A DNA stretch of 29,693 nucleotides from Gemmatimonadales bacterium (lineage in GTDB: Bacteria; Gemmatimonadota; Gemmatimonadetes; Gemmatimonadales; GWC2-71-9). This document shows positions 1-9,626 of the stretch, in pieces. Position 1 is the stretch's first letter. Each line of letters opens with the position of its first letter. Both the position numbers and the translations under genes were made by a program. The DNA lies in NCBI GenBank assembly GCA_035688885.1, contig DASSMN010000074.1:1-29693 (forward strand). The letters run 5' to 3'. Under the pieces are notes generated by a model. It was not told the DNA's origin. It made no database searches and saw only the letters and a program-made list of their open reading frames with translations.

Positions 1-169
1 GCACCCAGAGATCGGAGCTGTACCGATCGGGGACGTTATCGCCACCCGACAGGATCGAGAAGCTGCGTCCCGACGGCGGTCCCAGCCGGCCGCCGTCGCC
101 TCCGCCGCAACCGGCCGTCAGGCCCATCACTCCCGCGGCAATCATCCACCTCGAGTATGTTCGCGTCAC
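1..169 (-). CDS. Putative lipoprotein, N-terminal 56 aa only (runs off the window); possibly an LVIVD-repeat/beta-propeller protein
   Basis: Hand translation from GTG at 169 (GTGA overlap with the upstream stop at 166-168): [27 protein letters not shown]...DRYSSDLWV, open to base 1. Basic n-region, hydrophobic h-region and a TAG-C lipobox-like motif (Thr at -3 is atypical). Absent from the ORF track. The LVIVD guess rests only on the terminal YSSDLWV. Confidence 0.55.
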   Translation of the reverse strand, partial: MTRTYSRWMIAAGVMGLTAGCGGGDGGRLGPPSGRSFSILSGGDNVPDRYSSDLWV

Positions 170-1407
170 TGCCTCGTCCCGTGGTGCGCGTTCATCGTAC
201 CATTCCCCGCTTCCTCCTCAGCGGCCCCATACCGGCCCATCCGGCGCATGGTCGTGCCCGCCGTCACCCGGAGGCCGAGCGTGAGCGACCAGATGTGGGT
301 CCGCCCGTAGAGCTGCTGCACGTCGGCCAGGCCGCGGCCGACCTTTGCCACGCCGGCATACGAGACCTCCATCACCGGGTCCAGCACGACCGGGCCCGGT
401 GAGAGTGCCCGAACCTGATACCCCAGTGAGTGGGAGGTCCAGCGGGTGATGCCGAGGATCGAGTTCTCGAGATGCGGTCGCAGTGATCGGAACCCGGCGA
501 TGCGCTCCTCTTCGGGCCGCTCGGTCCGCTCGAACCGATACTGGAGACGATGCCGGCCGGCCCCCCATGCACCTTCGGCCAGCAGGCTGTGAAACACGAA
601 GAAGCCTTGGGCCTCGGAAGTCCGCGCCCACTCGACGAGTCCGTAGACGGGATGCCCGCCGACGACTCGGTCCCAGCGGCCGGCCACGCTCCACTTGGCC
701 TGGTCGGGGCCTGCTCCCGGCCGATGTTCCGGCGAATGCACGTGCGCGTAGGAGACCTCGGCCGTGGCGCCCGGCAGCGGAGCCGCCGTGACTCGGCCGC
801 TCCATGAATCGCCGAAGCGCCCGCCCACGCGCGGCCACTGACCTGGCCGCTCGGGCTCGTCACCGTTGAAGAGCCCGGCCTCGGCGGTGAGGCCGCCCGT
901 GCGCAGCGCCGCGATCGCCACGGCGCGCTCCAGGATCTGGGCCAGGTGATGGTTGACGGGGTATCGAACGAACGGGCGCACCATCGGATCATCGGTGCCG
1001 AAAGGGGCAAAGCCTTTCCCCACGCTGAGAGACACGCGAGTGGGCCCGTCGCGCGCACCGAGCAGGTCGTCGGCCGTGAGGACGAGCTCGTGCAGGTAGG
1101 TGTGGGGGTGCCGACGGTCGACGAAGCCCTCGCCCCAGTTGCCGGGCGCGAGCTCGCCTGCGGGAATGGTCAGGCCTTCGAGGTTGAGCACGCCGGTGAG
1201 CCGAAGCCGGCCGAGCCCGCCCGCGTGCAGCATCACGACCGGCTGGACTACTCGGACCTCGCCGAGCGAGGATCCGCCGGGCACCGGGTCGGCGCGCTCG
1301 TACGCGGCGACGGCCTGCGCGCCCACCAGCGCCCACGGCCGCTCCTGCGCCGGCGCCGGGGTGCCGAAGAGCGCCAGGCAGACCAGCGCGAGCTCGAGAG
1401 GCCTCAG
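166..1407 (-). CDS. Uncharacterised exported protein, probable outer-membrane beta-barrel with His motifs (413 aa if it starts at CTG 1407)
   Basis: C-terminal part of ORF 166..1980. Signal-peptide-like N-terminus (L/M)[19 protein letters not shown]|QE, many alternating amphipathic segments ending WSLTLGLRV, and motifs [28 protein letters not shown]. The first 191 codons of the track ORF are an out-of-frame overlap with sdhB. Confidence 0.7.
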   Translation of the reverse strand: MRPLELALVCLALFGTPAPAQERPWALVGAQAVAAYERADPVPGGSSLGEVRVVQPVVMLHAGGLGRLRLTGVLNLEGLTIPAGELAPGNWGEGFVDRRHPHTYLHELVLTADDLLGARDGPTRVSLSVGKGFAPFGTDDPMVRPFVRYPVNHHLAQILERAVAIAALRTGGLTAEAGLFNGDEPERPGQWPRVGGRFGDSWSGRVTAAPLPGATAEVSYAHVHSPEHRPGAGPDQAKWSVAGRWDRVVGGHPVYGLVEWARTSEAQGFFVFHSLLAEGAWGAGRHRLQYRFERTERPEEERIAGFRSLRPHLENSILGITRWTSHSLGYQVRALSPGPVVLDPVMEVSYAGVAKVGRGLADVQQLYGRTHIWSLTLGLRVTAGTTMRRMGRYGAAEEEAGNGTMNAHHGTRQ

Positions 1408-2174
1408 TCCGACTCGGCCACCGCCGCGCGCACGGGCGCGACCGCCGCCCGCAGGAAGTCCCGGTTCATGCGGGTGATCGTATCGATGCTGATCATCTTG
1501 GGGCACGCCTCCTGGCACTCGCCGTAGAGGGTACACCCTCCGAAGCCTTCGACATCCATCCGCTCCACCATCCGTCGAGCGCGCTGTACCCGCTCCGGCT
1601 GGCCCTGAGGCAGCAGGCCGAGGTGCGAGATCTTGGCGGCGGTGAAGAGGGAGGCGGAGCCGTTGGGACACGCCGCGACGCAGGCGCCGCAGCCGATGCA
1701 CTGGGCGGCGTCCATGGCCGTGTCGACCGCGTCCTTGGGAATCAGCACGGCGTTCCCGTCGGGCGCGCTGCCGGTCGGCGCGCTCACGTAGCCGCCGGCG
1801 GCAATGATCCGGTCCAGCGCCGAGCGATCGACCACCAGGTCCTTGATCACCGGAAACGCCCGGGCCCGCCACGGCTCGACGTGGATCTCGTCGCCGTCGG
1901 CAAAGCTGCGCATGTGGAGCTGGCAGGTGGCCGTGCCGCGGTTCGGTCCGTGGGCGACGCCGTTGATCATGAGGCTGCACGAGCCGCAGATTCCCTCGCG
2001 ACAGTCGTGGTCGAACGCCACCGGCGCGTCGCCGGTGGCCATGAGGCGCTCGTTCACCACGTCGAGCATCTCGAGGAACGACATGTCGGGACTGATGTCG
2101 TGCGCCTCGTAGCGGACCATTCGGCCCGGAGCGCCGGGGCCGGGCTGACGCCAGATGTGGAGCGTGAGATTCAT
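1404..2174 (-). CDS. sdhB: Succinate dehydrogenase/fumarate reductase iron-sulfur subunit
   Basis: [2Fe-2S] motif [10 protein letters not shown] and ferredoxin motifs [11 protein letters not shown] and [11 protein letters not shown]; directly follows sdhA. Confidence 0.95.
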   Translation of the reverse strand: MNLTLHIWRQPGPGAPGRMVRYEAHDISPDMSFLEMLDVVNERLMATGDAPVAFDHDCREGICGSCSLMINGVAHGPNRGTATCQLHMRSFADGDEIHVEPWRARAFPVIKDLVVDRSALDRIIAAGGYVSAPTGSAPDGNAVLIPKDAVDTAMDAAQCIGCGACVAACPNGSASLFTAAKISHLGLLPQGQPERVQRARRMVERMDVEGFGGCTLYGECQEACPKMISIDTITRMNRDFLRAAVAPVRAAVAESD

Positions 2175-2183
2175 CGGTTCACC

Positions 2184-4097
<1,914 letters not shown>

Positions 4098-4110
4098 GCT
4101 CGTCTCCCGG

Positions 4111-4773
4111 TCATGGCCGGATCACGCCCGCGTACACTGCAATCGGAATCACCGTGAAGCCCGCCCACACCAGCAGCGACAGGGCCAGCGCCAGCTGCCG
4201 CCGAAGCGGGTGCGGCGACGGCGCGCTCACGCCCAGGCTCCGTCCGCTGCTCCAGATCCCGTGATACAGATGCAGCCCCACGGCCGCCATCGCGAGCTCG
4301 TAGAACACCACCACCAGCGGATTGGCGAACCCGGTGGCCACGTTGTGGTAGGGGTCGCCCTCGACGAACGACCCGTGCACCGTGCCGAGCGTGAAGTGAA
4401 GGATGTGATAGACCAGGAAGACCAGGATCAGCGCCCCGCCCCACCGGATGGTGCGTGACGCGATGGTGGACACCTGCGGATCTCGCCCGTTGGCGTAGGG
4501 CACGGGGCGCGCCGCCCGGCGCCGCCAGGTGAGCTGCACCGCCGCGACGACATGGAGCACCACCGCGACGAACAGCACCAGCCGCGCGGCCCACAGCGCC
4601 CCGCCGGTTCCGTGCAGGAACCGGCTGTAGGCGTTGATCTGGGTTGGCCCCTGGAAAACGAGCAGGTTGGCGAGGACGTGCGTGACGAGGTAGGCCACCA
4701 TGATGAGACCGGTGACCGCCATGACCGCCTTTTTTCCGACCGAACTCCCCCACAGCGCCCGCAGGCGATTCAT
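4111..4773 (-). CDS. sdhC: Succinate dehydrogenase cytochrome b subunit (single-subunit anchor, probably di-heme)
   Basis: Multiple TM helices with four candidate heme-ligand His ([23 protein letters not shown]). ATG at 4773 with GGGAGA upstream is preferred over TTG at 4785. Confidence 0.92.
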   Translation of the reverse strand: MNRLRALWGSSVGKKAVMAVTGLIMVAYLVTHVLANLLVFQGPTQINAYSRFLHGTGGALWAARLVLFVAVVLHVVAAVQLTWRRRAARPVPYANGRDPQVSTIASRTIRWGGALILVFLVYHILHFTLGTVHGSFVEGDPYHNVATGFANPLVVVFYELAMAAVGLHLYHGIWSSGRSLGVSAPSPHPLRRQLALALSLLVWAGFTVIPIAVYAGVIRP

Positions 4774-4785
4774 CGCGTCTCCCAA

Positions 4786-5718
4786 TCAGCTCGCGTCGAC
4801 AACCGCCTGGGTCGATCGCACCGCTTCGGCGGACTTGACCAGCTCCGCCCGCTCCGCCTCCGTCAGCTTGATGTCGATGACCTGCTCGAGCCCCCGGCGG
4901 CCGAGCTTGCACGGCACGCCGCAGAACACGTCCTTGAGGCCGTACTCGCCCTGAAGCCAGACCGAGCACGGCAGCACCCGCCGCTTGTCGAGCGCAATCG
5001 CCTCGACCATCTGGATGGCCGCCGCGCTGGGCGCGTAGTACGCGGAGCCGGTCTTGAGGAACCCGACGATTTCCGCGCCCCCGTTTCGGGTCCGGTCCAC
5101 GATGGCCGCCAGCTTATCGGCGGCCAGGAGCTGGCTCACCGGGATGCCCGACACGGTGGTATAGGAGACCAGCGGCACCATCGTGTCGCCGTGGCCGCCC
5201 AGCACCATCGCCTGAATGTCCTCCACCGAGACGTCCATCGCCTGCGCCAGAAAGGTGCGGTATCGCGCGGTGTCGAGCACGCCGGCCATGCCGAGCACCC
5301 GCTCGCGGGGGAAGCCGCTGGCCTTCATGGCGACGTAGCACATGACGTCCAGCGGGTTCGACACCACCACGATGATCGACTTGGGCGCGACCCGGGCGAT
5401 TTCCTTGGCCACCGATCGCACGATGCCCGCGTTGGTCTTGACCAGGTCGTCCCGGCTCATGCCGGGCTTCCGGGCGATGCCGGCCGTCACGACGAACAGG
5501 TCCGCGCCGGCCGCCTCGTCATACCCGTTGCTGCCGACGACGCGGGTGTCGAACCCCTCGATCGGGCCGGACTGCCACTGGTCGAGCCCCTTCCCCTGAG
5601 GCACGCCCTCGACCACGTCGATCATGACGACGGTGCGGGCCAGATTCTTCTCGGCGAGGCGTTGCGCCGCGGTGGCGCCGACATTGCCTGCGCCTACGAC
5701 GGCCACTGTTCCGAGCAT
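4786..5718 (-). CDS. mdh: Malate dehydrogenase (LDH-like family)
   Basis: GAGNVG Rossmann motif, [11 protein letters not shown] (Arg at the MDH specificity position), VSNPLD, LDTARY, GGHGD, GSAYYAP. Confidence 0.95.
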   Translation of the reverse strand: MLGTVAVVGAGNVGATAAQRLAEKNLARTVVMIDVVEGVPQGKGLDQWQSGPIEGFDTRVVGSNGYDEAAGADLFVVTAGIARKPGMSRDDLVKTNAGIVRSVAKEIARVAPKSIIVVVSNPLDVMCYVAMKASGFPRERVLGMAGVLDTARYRTFLAQAMDVSVEDIQAMVLGGHGDTMVPLVSYTTVSGIPVSQLLAADKLAAIVDRTRNGGAEIVGFLKTGSAYYAPSAAAIQMVEAIALDKRRVLPCSVWLQGEYGLKDVFCGVPCKLGRRGLEQVIDIKLTEAERAELVKSAEAVRSTQAVVDAS

Positions 5719-5757
5719 GCGGGTCGCTTTCGTGTGGTGTGGGAGCGGTACGAAGTC

Positions 5758-6276
5758 TCAGGGTGACTCGCCGACCGAGTCCAATTTAGCGTCTGAGAAA
5801 TCCGAGGCCAACCCTTCCGGTACGGCGACGCCGAGCTGTCGCAGCGCCTCGTAGAGCACGATGCTGACGGCATTCGCGAGATTGAGACTGCGGACCTCGC
5901 CGGGCATTGGAATGCGAAAGCAGCGCTGGGGATATTTCTCGAGAATCCGGGCGGGCATGCCCTCGGTCTCGTTGCCGAACACCAGAACCCGGCGGTCCCG
6001 GAAGGGCGCCCGACGGTAGTCGTGCTCGGCATTGGCGGAGAAATAGAGGCAACGCTCCCGGGTAATCGCGTCGCGAAACGCGAACCAGTCCGCATGGGTC
6101 CAGAGATCCACCTTGTCCCAGTAGTCGAGGCCGGCGCGCTTGACCTCCCGCTCGGCGATCGAGAACCCCAGTGGCCCGATCAGGTGGAGCGGCGTGTCGG
6201 TGGCCGCGCACAGGCGGGCGATATTGCCGGTGTTCGGGGGAATCCGGGGCTGGATCAGCGCGACGTGCAGCGCCAT
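5758..6276 (-). CDS. trmL: tRNA (cytidine/uridine-34 2'-O)-methyltransferase, SpoU family
   Basis: PRIPPNTGNIARLCA, LHLIGPLGF, RAGLDYW, FGNETEG, RSLNLANAV. ATG at 6276 overlaps the moaA stop (TGATG). Confidence 0.9.
   Translation of the reverse strand: MALHVALIQPRIPPNTGNIARLCAATDTPLHLIGPLGFSIAEREVKRAGLDYWDKVDLWTHADWFAFRDAITRERCLYFSANAEHDYRRAPFRDRRVLVFGNETEGMPARILEKYPQRCFRIPMPGEVRSLNLANAVSIVLYEALRQLGVAVPEGLASDFSDAKLDSVGESP
5783..5811 (-). promoter_or_regulatory. Sigma70-like promoter for mdh-sdhCAB, inside the trmL 3' end
   Basis: Minus strand TTGGCC (5811-5806), 17-nt spacer, TAAATT (5788-5783); about 65 nt upstream of the mdh ATG. Confidence 0.55.
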
Positions 6277-7295
6277 CAGCCGCCGCGGGTGTGCATCTCG
6301 CGCCGAGGATCGGCGCGCAGGCTGTCGATCTGATGCAGGATGCCGCGGTCGGCCACGGCCGCGCGCGCCTCGGCCCCGCGGTCGACGCGGGCGCCCCACA
6401 CCTCCTCCAGGCGCGACAGGATCTCGAAGTCGCTCGCGCCCCCGCGGAGCAGCGCGCGCAAGTCCAGGCCCTGCTCGCCGTAGAGACAGAGAAGGAAGGT
6501 GCCGTCGGCCGTCAGGCGGGCGCGGTCGCAGGTGCGGCAGAACGGGGCCGTGGTGGAAGCGATGACCCCGAAGACGGTGCCGTCGGCCAGCCGGAACCGG
6601 TCGGCCGGGGCCCAGCCGTCCTTCCGCACCGGCGCCACCGGCCCATACCGCTCGCCGACGACGCGGAGGATCTCGTCGCGCGAGACCACCTGGCCCAGGC
6701 TCCACCGGGTAGCCCCGCCCACGTCCATGTATTCGATGAACCGGATCTCGAGCCCACGCGCGCGAGCGAACTCCAGCAGATCGGTGATCTCGTCGGCGTT
6801 ATGGTCCCGGATCACGACGGCATTGAGCTTCACGCCGTCGAAGCCGGCCGCGAGCGCGGCCGAGATGCCCTCGAGCACTTCGGCGTGGCGAGCGCTTCGC
6901 GCGAAGGACACCATCCGATCGGGCCGAAGGGTATCGAGGCTGACGGTCACCCGGCGCAGTCCGGCGGACCGGAGCGCCGCGGCGTGGCGCGCGAGCAGAA
7001 TCCCGTTGGTGGTGAGCGCGATGTCCTCGATCGGCTCGTGCCCGTCGAGCAGCCGGACCAGGGTCGGCAGGTCGTGGCGCAGGAGCGGCTCGCCCCCGGT
7101 CAGGCGGACCTTCCGCACGCCCAGCTCGCCGACAATGCCGACCAGGCGGTCGATCTCTTCGAACGACAGGATCGACTCGCGCGGCAGCCACACGTACTCC
7201 GCCTCGGGCATGCAGTAGCGGCACCGCATGTTGCACCGATCGGTGACGGAGATGCGGAGATTCCGGAGCGGGCGGCCCAGCGTGTCGCGCAGCAT
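6276..7295 (-). CDS. moaA: GTP 3',8-cyclase (molybdenum cofactor biosynthesis, radical SAM)
   Basis: LRISVTDRCNMRCRYCMP (CxxxCxxC), RLTGGEPLLR, FIEYM, C-terminal FCRTC-x13-C cluster and terminal GG. ATG at 7295 overlaps the moaE stop (TGATG). Confidence 0.95.
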   Translation of the reverse strand: MLRDTLGRPLRNLRISVTDRCNMRCRYCMPEAEYVWLPRESILSFEEIDRLVGIVGELGVRKVRLTGGEPLLRHDLPTLVRLLDGHEPIEDIALTTNGILLARHAAALRSAGLRRVTVSLDTLRPDRMVSFARSARHAEVLEGISAALAAGFDGVKLNAVVIRDHNADEITDLLEFARARGLEIRFIEYMDVGGATRWSLGQVVSRDEILRVVGERYGPVAPVRKDGWAPADRFRLADGTVFGVIASTTAPFCRTCDRARLTADGTFLLCLYGEQGLDLRALLRGGASDFEILSRLEEVWGARVDRGAEARAAVADRGILHQIDSLRADPRREMHTRGG

Positions 7296-7720
7296 CAGAC
7301 GTGCTGGAGCGTGGCGGTGGGGTCGACCCACGTGAGGGTGCCGTCGGCGTAGTGCTCGCGTTTCCAGATCGGCACCCGGCGCTTCACTTCCTCGATCACG
7401 TGGCGGCAGGCGGCGAACGCGTCGGCGCGGTGCGCGGACGCGACGACCACCGCCACCGCCGTGTCCCCTACCGCCAGCGAGCCCAGGCGGTGCCGGAGCG
7501 CCACGGCGACGTCCCAACGCTGCTCGGCCTCGGCCACGATGCGGGCGCACTCGGCCTCCGCCATGGGGCCGTAGGCGGAATAGTCGAGCCGCACCACCGC
7601 ACGCCCCTCGTGGTGATCGCGCACCTGACCGAGGAACAGGCTCAGGCCCCCTCGAGCCGGGGACTGCACGCTCGCGAGCAGCGGCGCGAGCTCGACCGGG
7701 TCGCTGGTCAGGAAGGTCAT
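7295..7720 (-). CDS. moaE: Molybdopterin synthase catalytic subunit
   Basis: FLGQVRDHH, YSAYGPMA, HRLGSL, SAHRADAF, KRRVPIWKRE; ATG at 7720, just after the moaD stop. Confidence 0.93.
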   Translation of the reverse strand: MTFLTSDPVELAPLLASVQSPARGGLSLFLGQVRDHHEGRAVVRLDYSAYGPMAEAECARIVAEAEQRWDVAVALRHRLGSLAVGDTAVAVVVASAHRADAFAACRHVIEEVKRRVPIWKREHYADGTLTWVDPTATLQHV

Positions 7721-7721
7721 C

Positions 7722-7988
7722 TCAGCCGCCCGCCAGAGGAGGCAGGATGGCGATCTCATCGCCGTCCGCGACCCGGTCATCCTGACCGGCATGGGCCAGG
7801 TTGCGGGCGCACAGCGGCTTGGGCGGAAGCGACGCGCCGCCGGGCAGGCGTCGAATGTGGCTCACCACGTCGGCGATGGAGGCCGGCTGGGAAAGGCTCA
7901 CCTCCAGCGCCTCGCGGCCGAGGCTCTCGGCATAGCTCGCAAACAGGAGGACGCGGACGGTGATGTCGGTGCTCGCAGCAACAGGCAT
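7722..7988 (-). CDS. moaD: Molybdopterin synthase sulfur carrier subunit
   Basis: Ubiquitin-like size (88 aa), VRVLLFA, GDEIAILPPLAGG with C-terminal Gly-Gly; adjacent to moaE. Confidence 0.88.
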   Translation of the reverse strand: MPVAASTDITVRVLLFASYAESLGREALEVSLSQPASIADVVSHIRRLPGGASLPPKPLCARNLAHAGQDDRVADGDEIAILPPLAGG

Positions 7989-7994
7989 GGATGG

Positions 7995-8000
7995 AAGTTA
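7995..8000 (-). promoter_or_regulatory. Candidate -10 element for a leaderless moaD transcript
   Basis: TAACTT sits exactly at -12..-7 relative to the A of the moaD ATG (7988); no SD upstream; no recognisable -35. Confidence 0.45.
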
Positions 8001-8046
8001 CAACCAAACGGGGCCGCTCCGCGACACGCGCGCGGAGCGGCCCCGT
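7999..8046 (-). terminator. Intrinsic terminator downstream of the HU gene
   Basis: Perfect 16-bp inverted repeat acggggccgctccgcg (8008-8023) / cgcggagcggccccgt (8031-8046) with a 7-nt loop; on the minus strand the stem ends in T and continues TTGGTTGT (interrupted U tract). Confidence 0.75.
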
Positions 8047-8077
8047 GCACCCTCGTCCCGGCCCGCGGGCCGAGCGC

Positions 8078-8407
8078 CTACATGCCCTGCGCCGCCTCGG
8101 CCTCGGGCTCACCCTCGTCCGCGACCAGCGCCCGCAACTCCTTGCTGGGCTTGAACACCGGAACCGGACGTGCGGCCACTTCGACCGGATCGCCGGTGCG
8201 AGGGTTCCGCGCCATGCGGGTCTTGCGGCGACGGATCTTGAAGGTCCCGAAACCGCGGACCTCGATGTTGTGCTGTTGCTTGAGGGCGTCCTTGACCGCC
8301 TCGAGGAATGCGTCCACCACCCTGGCGCAATCCTTCTTGGAGATCATGGGACCAGCGGTCTTGGCAATCGAGGCGGTTACCTGTTCGACGAGATCGGCCT
8401 TGGTCAT
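8078..8407 (-). CDS. HU/IHF-family histone-like DNA-binding protein
   Basis: MTKADLV, IEVRGFGTF, ARNPRTG, PVFKPSKEL; short TAGPM insert between helices 1 and 2. HU versus IHF-beta cannot be resolved by eye. Confidence 0.92.
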   Translation of the reverse strand: MTKADLVEQVTASIAKTAGPMISKKDCARVVDAFLEAVKDALKQQHNIEVRGFGTFKIRRRKTRMARNPRTGDPVEVAARPVPVFKPSKELRALVADEGEPEAEAAQGM

Positions 8408-8459
8408 GCGTCCCCCAGACGGGTTGCAGGCGGCGGAGCTGGCAGGCCTCCTAGCGCCG

Positions 8460-8488
8460 ATCTTATGAGCTTAAGTGTTGTCTGTCAA
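8460..8488 (-). promoter_or_regulatory. Near-consensus sigma70 promoter for the HU gene
   Basis: TTGACA (8488-8483), 17-nt spacer GACAACACTTAAGCTCA, TAAGAT (8465-8460). The -35 box contains the carA TGA stop. Confidence 0.8.
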
Positions 8489-9600
8489 GGGGTTGGGTGT
8501 CCCACTCGTTTCCCACGCGCCAGCGAGGCCATGAACTCGGCGAAGTGAGGGAAGGCATCGTGCGGCCCGGGTGCGGCCTCCGGATGGTACTGCACGGCAA
8601 ACAGCGGCAGCTCCCGGTGGCGTACCCCCTCGATGGTGCCGTCGTTCAGATTGAGATGGGTCACCTCGAGCCCGGGCGCGCCGGGCACCCCATCCGCGTC
8701 GCCAACTACCGCGAAGCCATGGTTTTGGGTGGTGATGAGCACCTGATTGGTGCGCAGGTCGCGCACCGGGTGATTACCGCCCCGATGCCCATAGGGCAGT
8801 TTGGCCGTGGAGCCGCCAAACGCCAGGCCGATCAGCTGATGCCCGAGGCAGATGCCGAACGTGGGCAGCCCGTCACCGGCGAGCTCGCGCAGGGTGGCCA
8901 GCGCGTAGTCCACTGCGGCCGGATCGCCGGGGCCATTCGAAAGGAAGAGCCCATCGGGATTTAGCCGGCGCACCTCGGCGGCCGAGGTCTCCGCCGGCAC
9001 CACGGTGACGCGGCAGCCGGCGTCCACCAGCATCCGCACGATGTTCCGCTTCATGCCATAGTCGTACGCCACGACCTGCGGGCCGTCCCCGGTGGTCCAC
9101 GGCTCGCGCACGGTAGCGCGCGAGGCGAGGTCGAGGCCCTCCATCGAGGGCGAAGCGAGGAGCTGGGCCGTAAGCTCGCGGCTCGGCTGCCGACCTTCAG
9201 CCACCACACCGCGCATGGCGCCCCGCTCACGGAGGTGCCGGGTGAGGCGCCTGGTATCGATGCCCTCCAGGACCGGAATACCGGATTCGGCGAGCCACGC
9301 GTCCAGGCTCAAGGTGGCGCGCCAGTTGGAGGGATGTCGGCTCAGCTCGCGCACCACGACCCCGGTGACCTGGGGCCGGCCCGATTCCATGTCCTCGGTG
9401 TTGACCCCGTAGTTGCCGATCATGGGCGCCGTCATCACGACGATTTGACCCAGGTAGCTGGGATCGGTGAACGTCTCCTGGTATCCGGTGAGGTTGGTGG
9501 TGAACACCACCTCGCCGAACGCGGGGTCGAGCGGGCGCGCGCTGGTGCCGGGGAACCAGGCGCCATCCTCGAGCAAAACGAAAGCGGGGCGATCCGTCAT
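8485..9600 (-). CDS. carA: Carbamoyl-phosphate synthase small (glutaminase) subunit
   Basis: GEVVFTTNLTGYQETFTDPSY, LSNGPGDP, FGICLGHQL (catalytic Cys), QNHGF, QYHPEAAPGP. ATG at 9600 with GGGGTG upstream. Confidence 0.95.
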   Translation of the reverse strand: MTDRPAFVLLEDGAWFPGTSARPLDPAFGEVVFTTNLTGYQETFTDPSYLGQIVVMTAPMIGNYGVNTEDMESGRPQVTGVVVRELSRHPSNWRATLSLDAWLAESGIPVLEGIDTRRLTRHLRERGAMRGVVAEGRQPSRELTAQLLASPSMEGLDLASRATVREPWTTGDGPQVVAYDYGMKRNIVRMLVDAGCRVTVVPAETSAAEVRRLNPDGLFLSNGPGDPAAVDYALATLRELAGDGLPTFGICLGHQLIGLAFGGSTAKLPYGHRGGNHPVRDLRTNQVLITTQNHGFAVVGDADGVPGAPGLEVTHLNLNDGTIEGVRHRELPLFAVQYHPEAAPGPHDAFPHFAEFMASLARGKRVGHPTP

Positions 9601-9626
9601 TCGGTCACCCCGCGCTCGATTGCCAT
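9597..9626 (-). other. Possible 9-codon mini-ORF (MAIERGVTE) bridging secG and carA
   Basis: ATG at 9626 overlaps the secG TGA (TGATG) and its own TGA at 9599-9597 overlaps the carA ATG (ATGA). No evidence of translation. Confidence 0.3.

Noticed and set aside
1408-1980. Track N-terminal extensions, e.g. on ORFs 166..1980, 5758..6705, 8485..10008, 14229..15674, 16401..18020, 25711..26760
   Set aside because: They are out-of-frame overlaps with the upstream real gene (Arg/Pro/Gly-rich noise); conserved domains start at the junctions.
8059-8072. 14-bp perfect palindrome cggcccgcgggccg after the HU stop
   Set aside because: G/C only, so plausible by chance in this genome, and not repeated elsewhere that I could see.
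7989-8077. Possible Moco riboswitch upstream of moaD
   Set aside because: Only 89 nt, mostly explained by the terminator hairpin; too short, and no multi-stem motif is visible.
9601-9625. tRNA-Leu often found after secG
   Set aside because: The gap is 25 nt; no tRNA is present.
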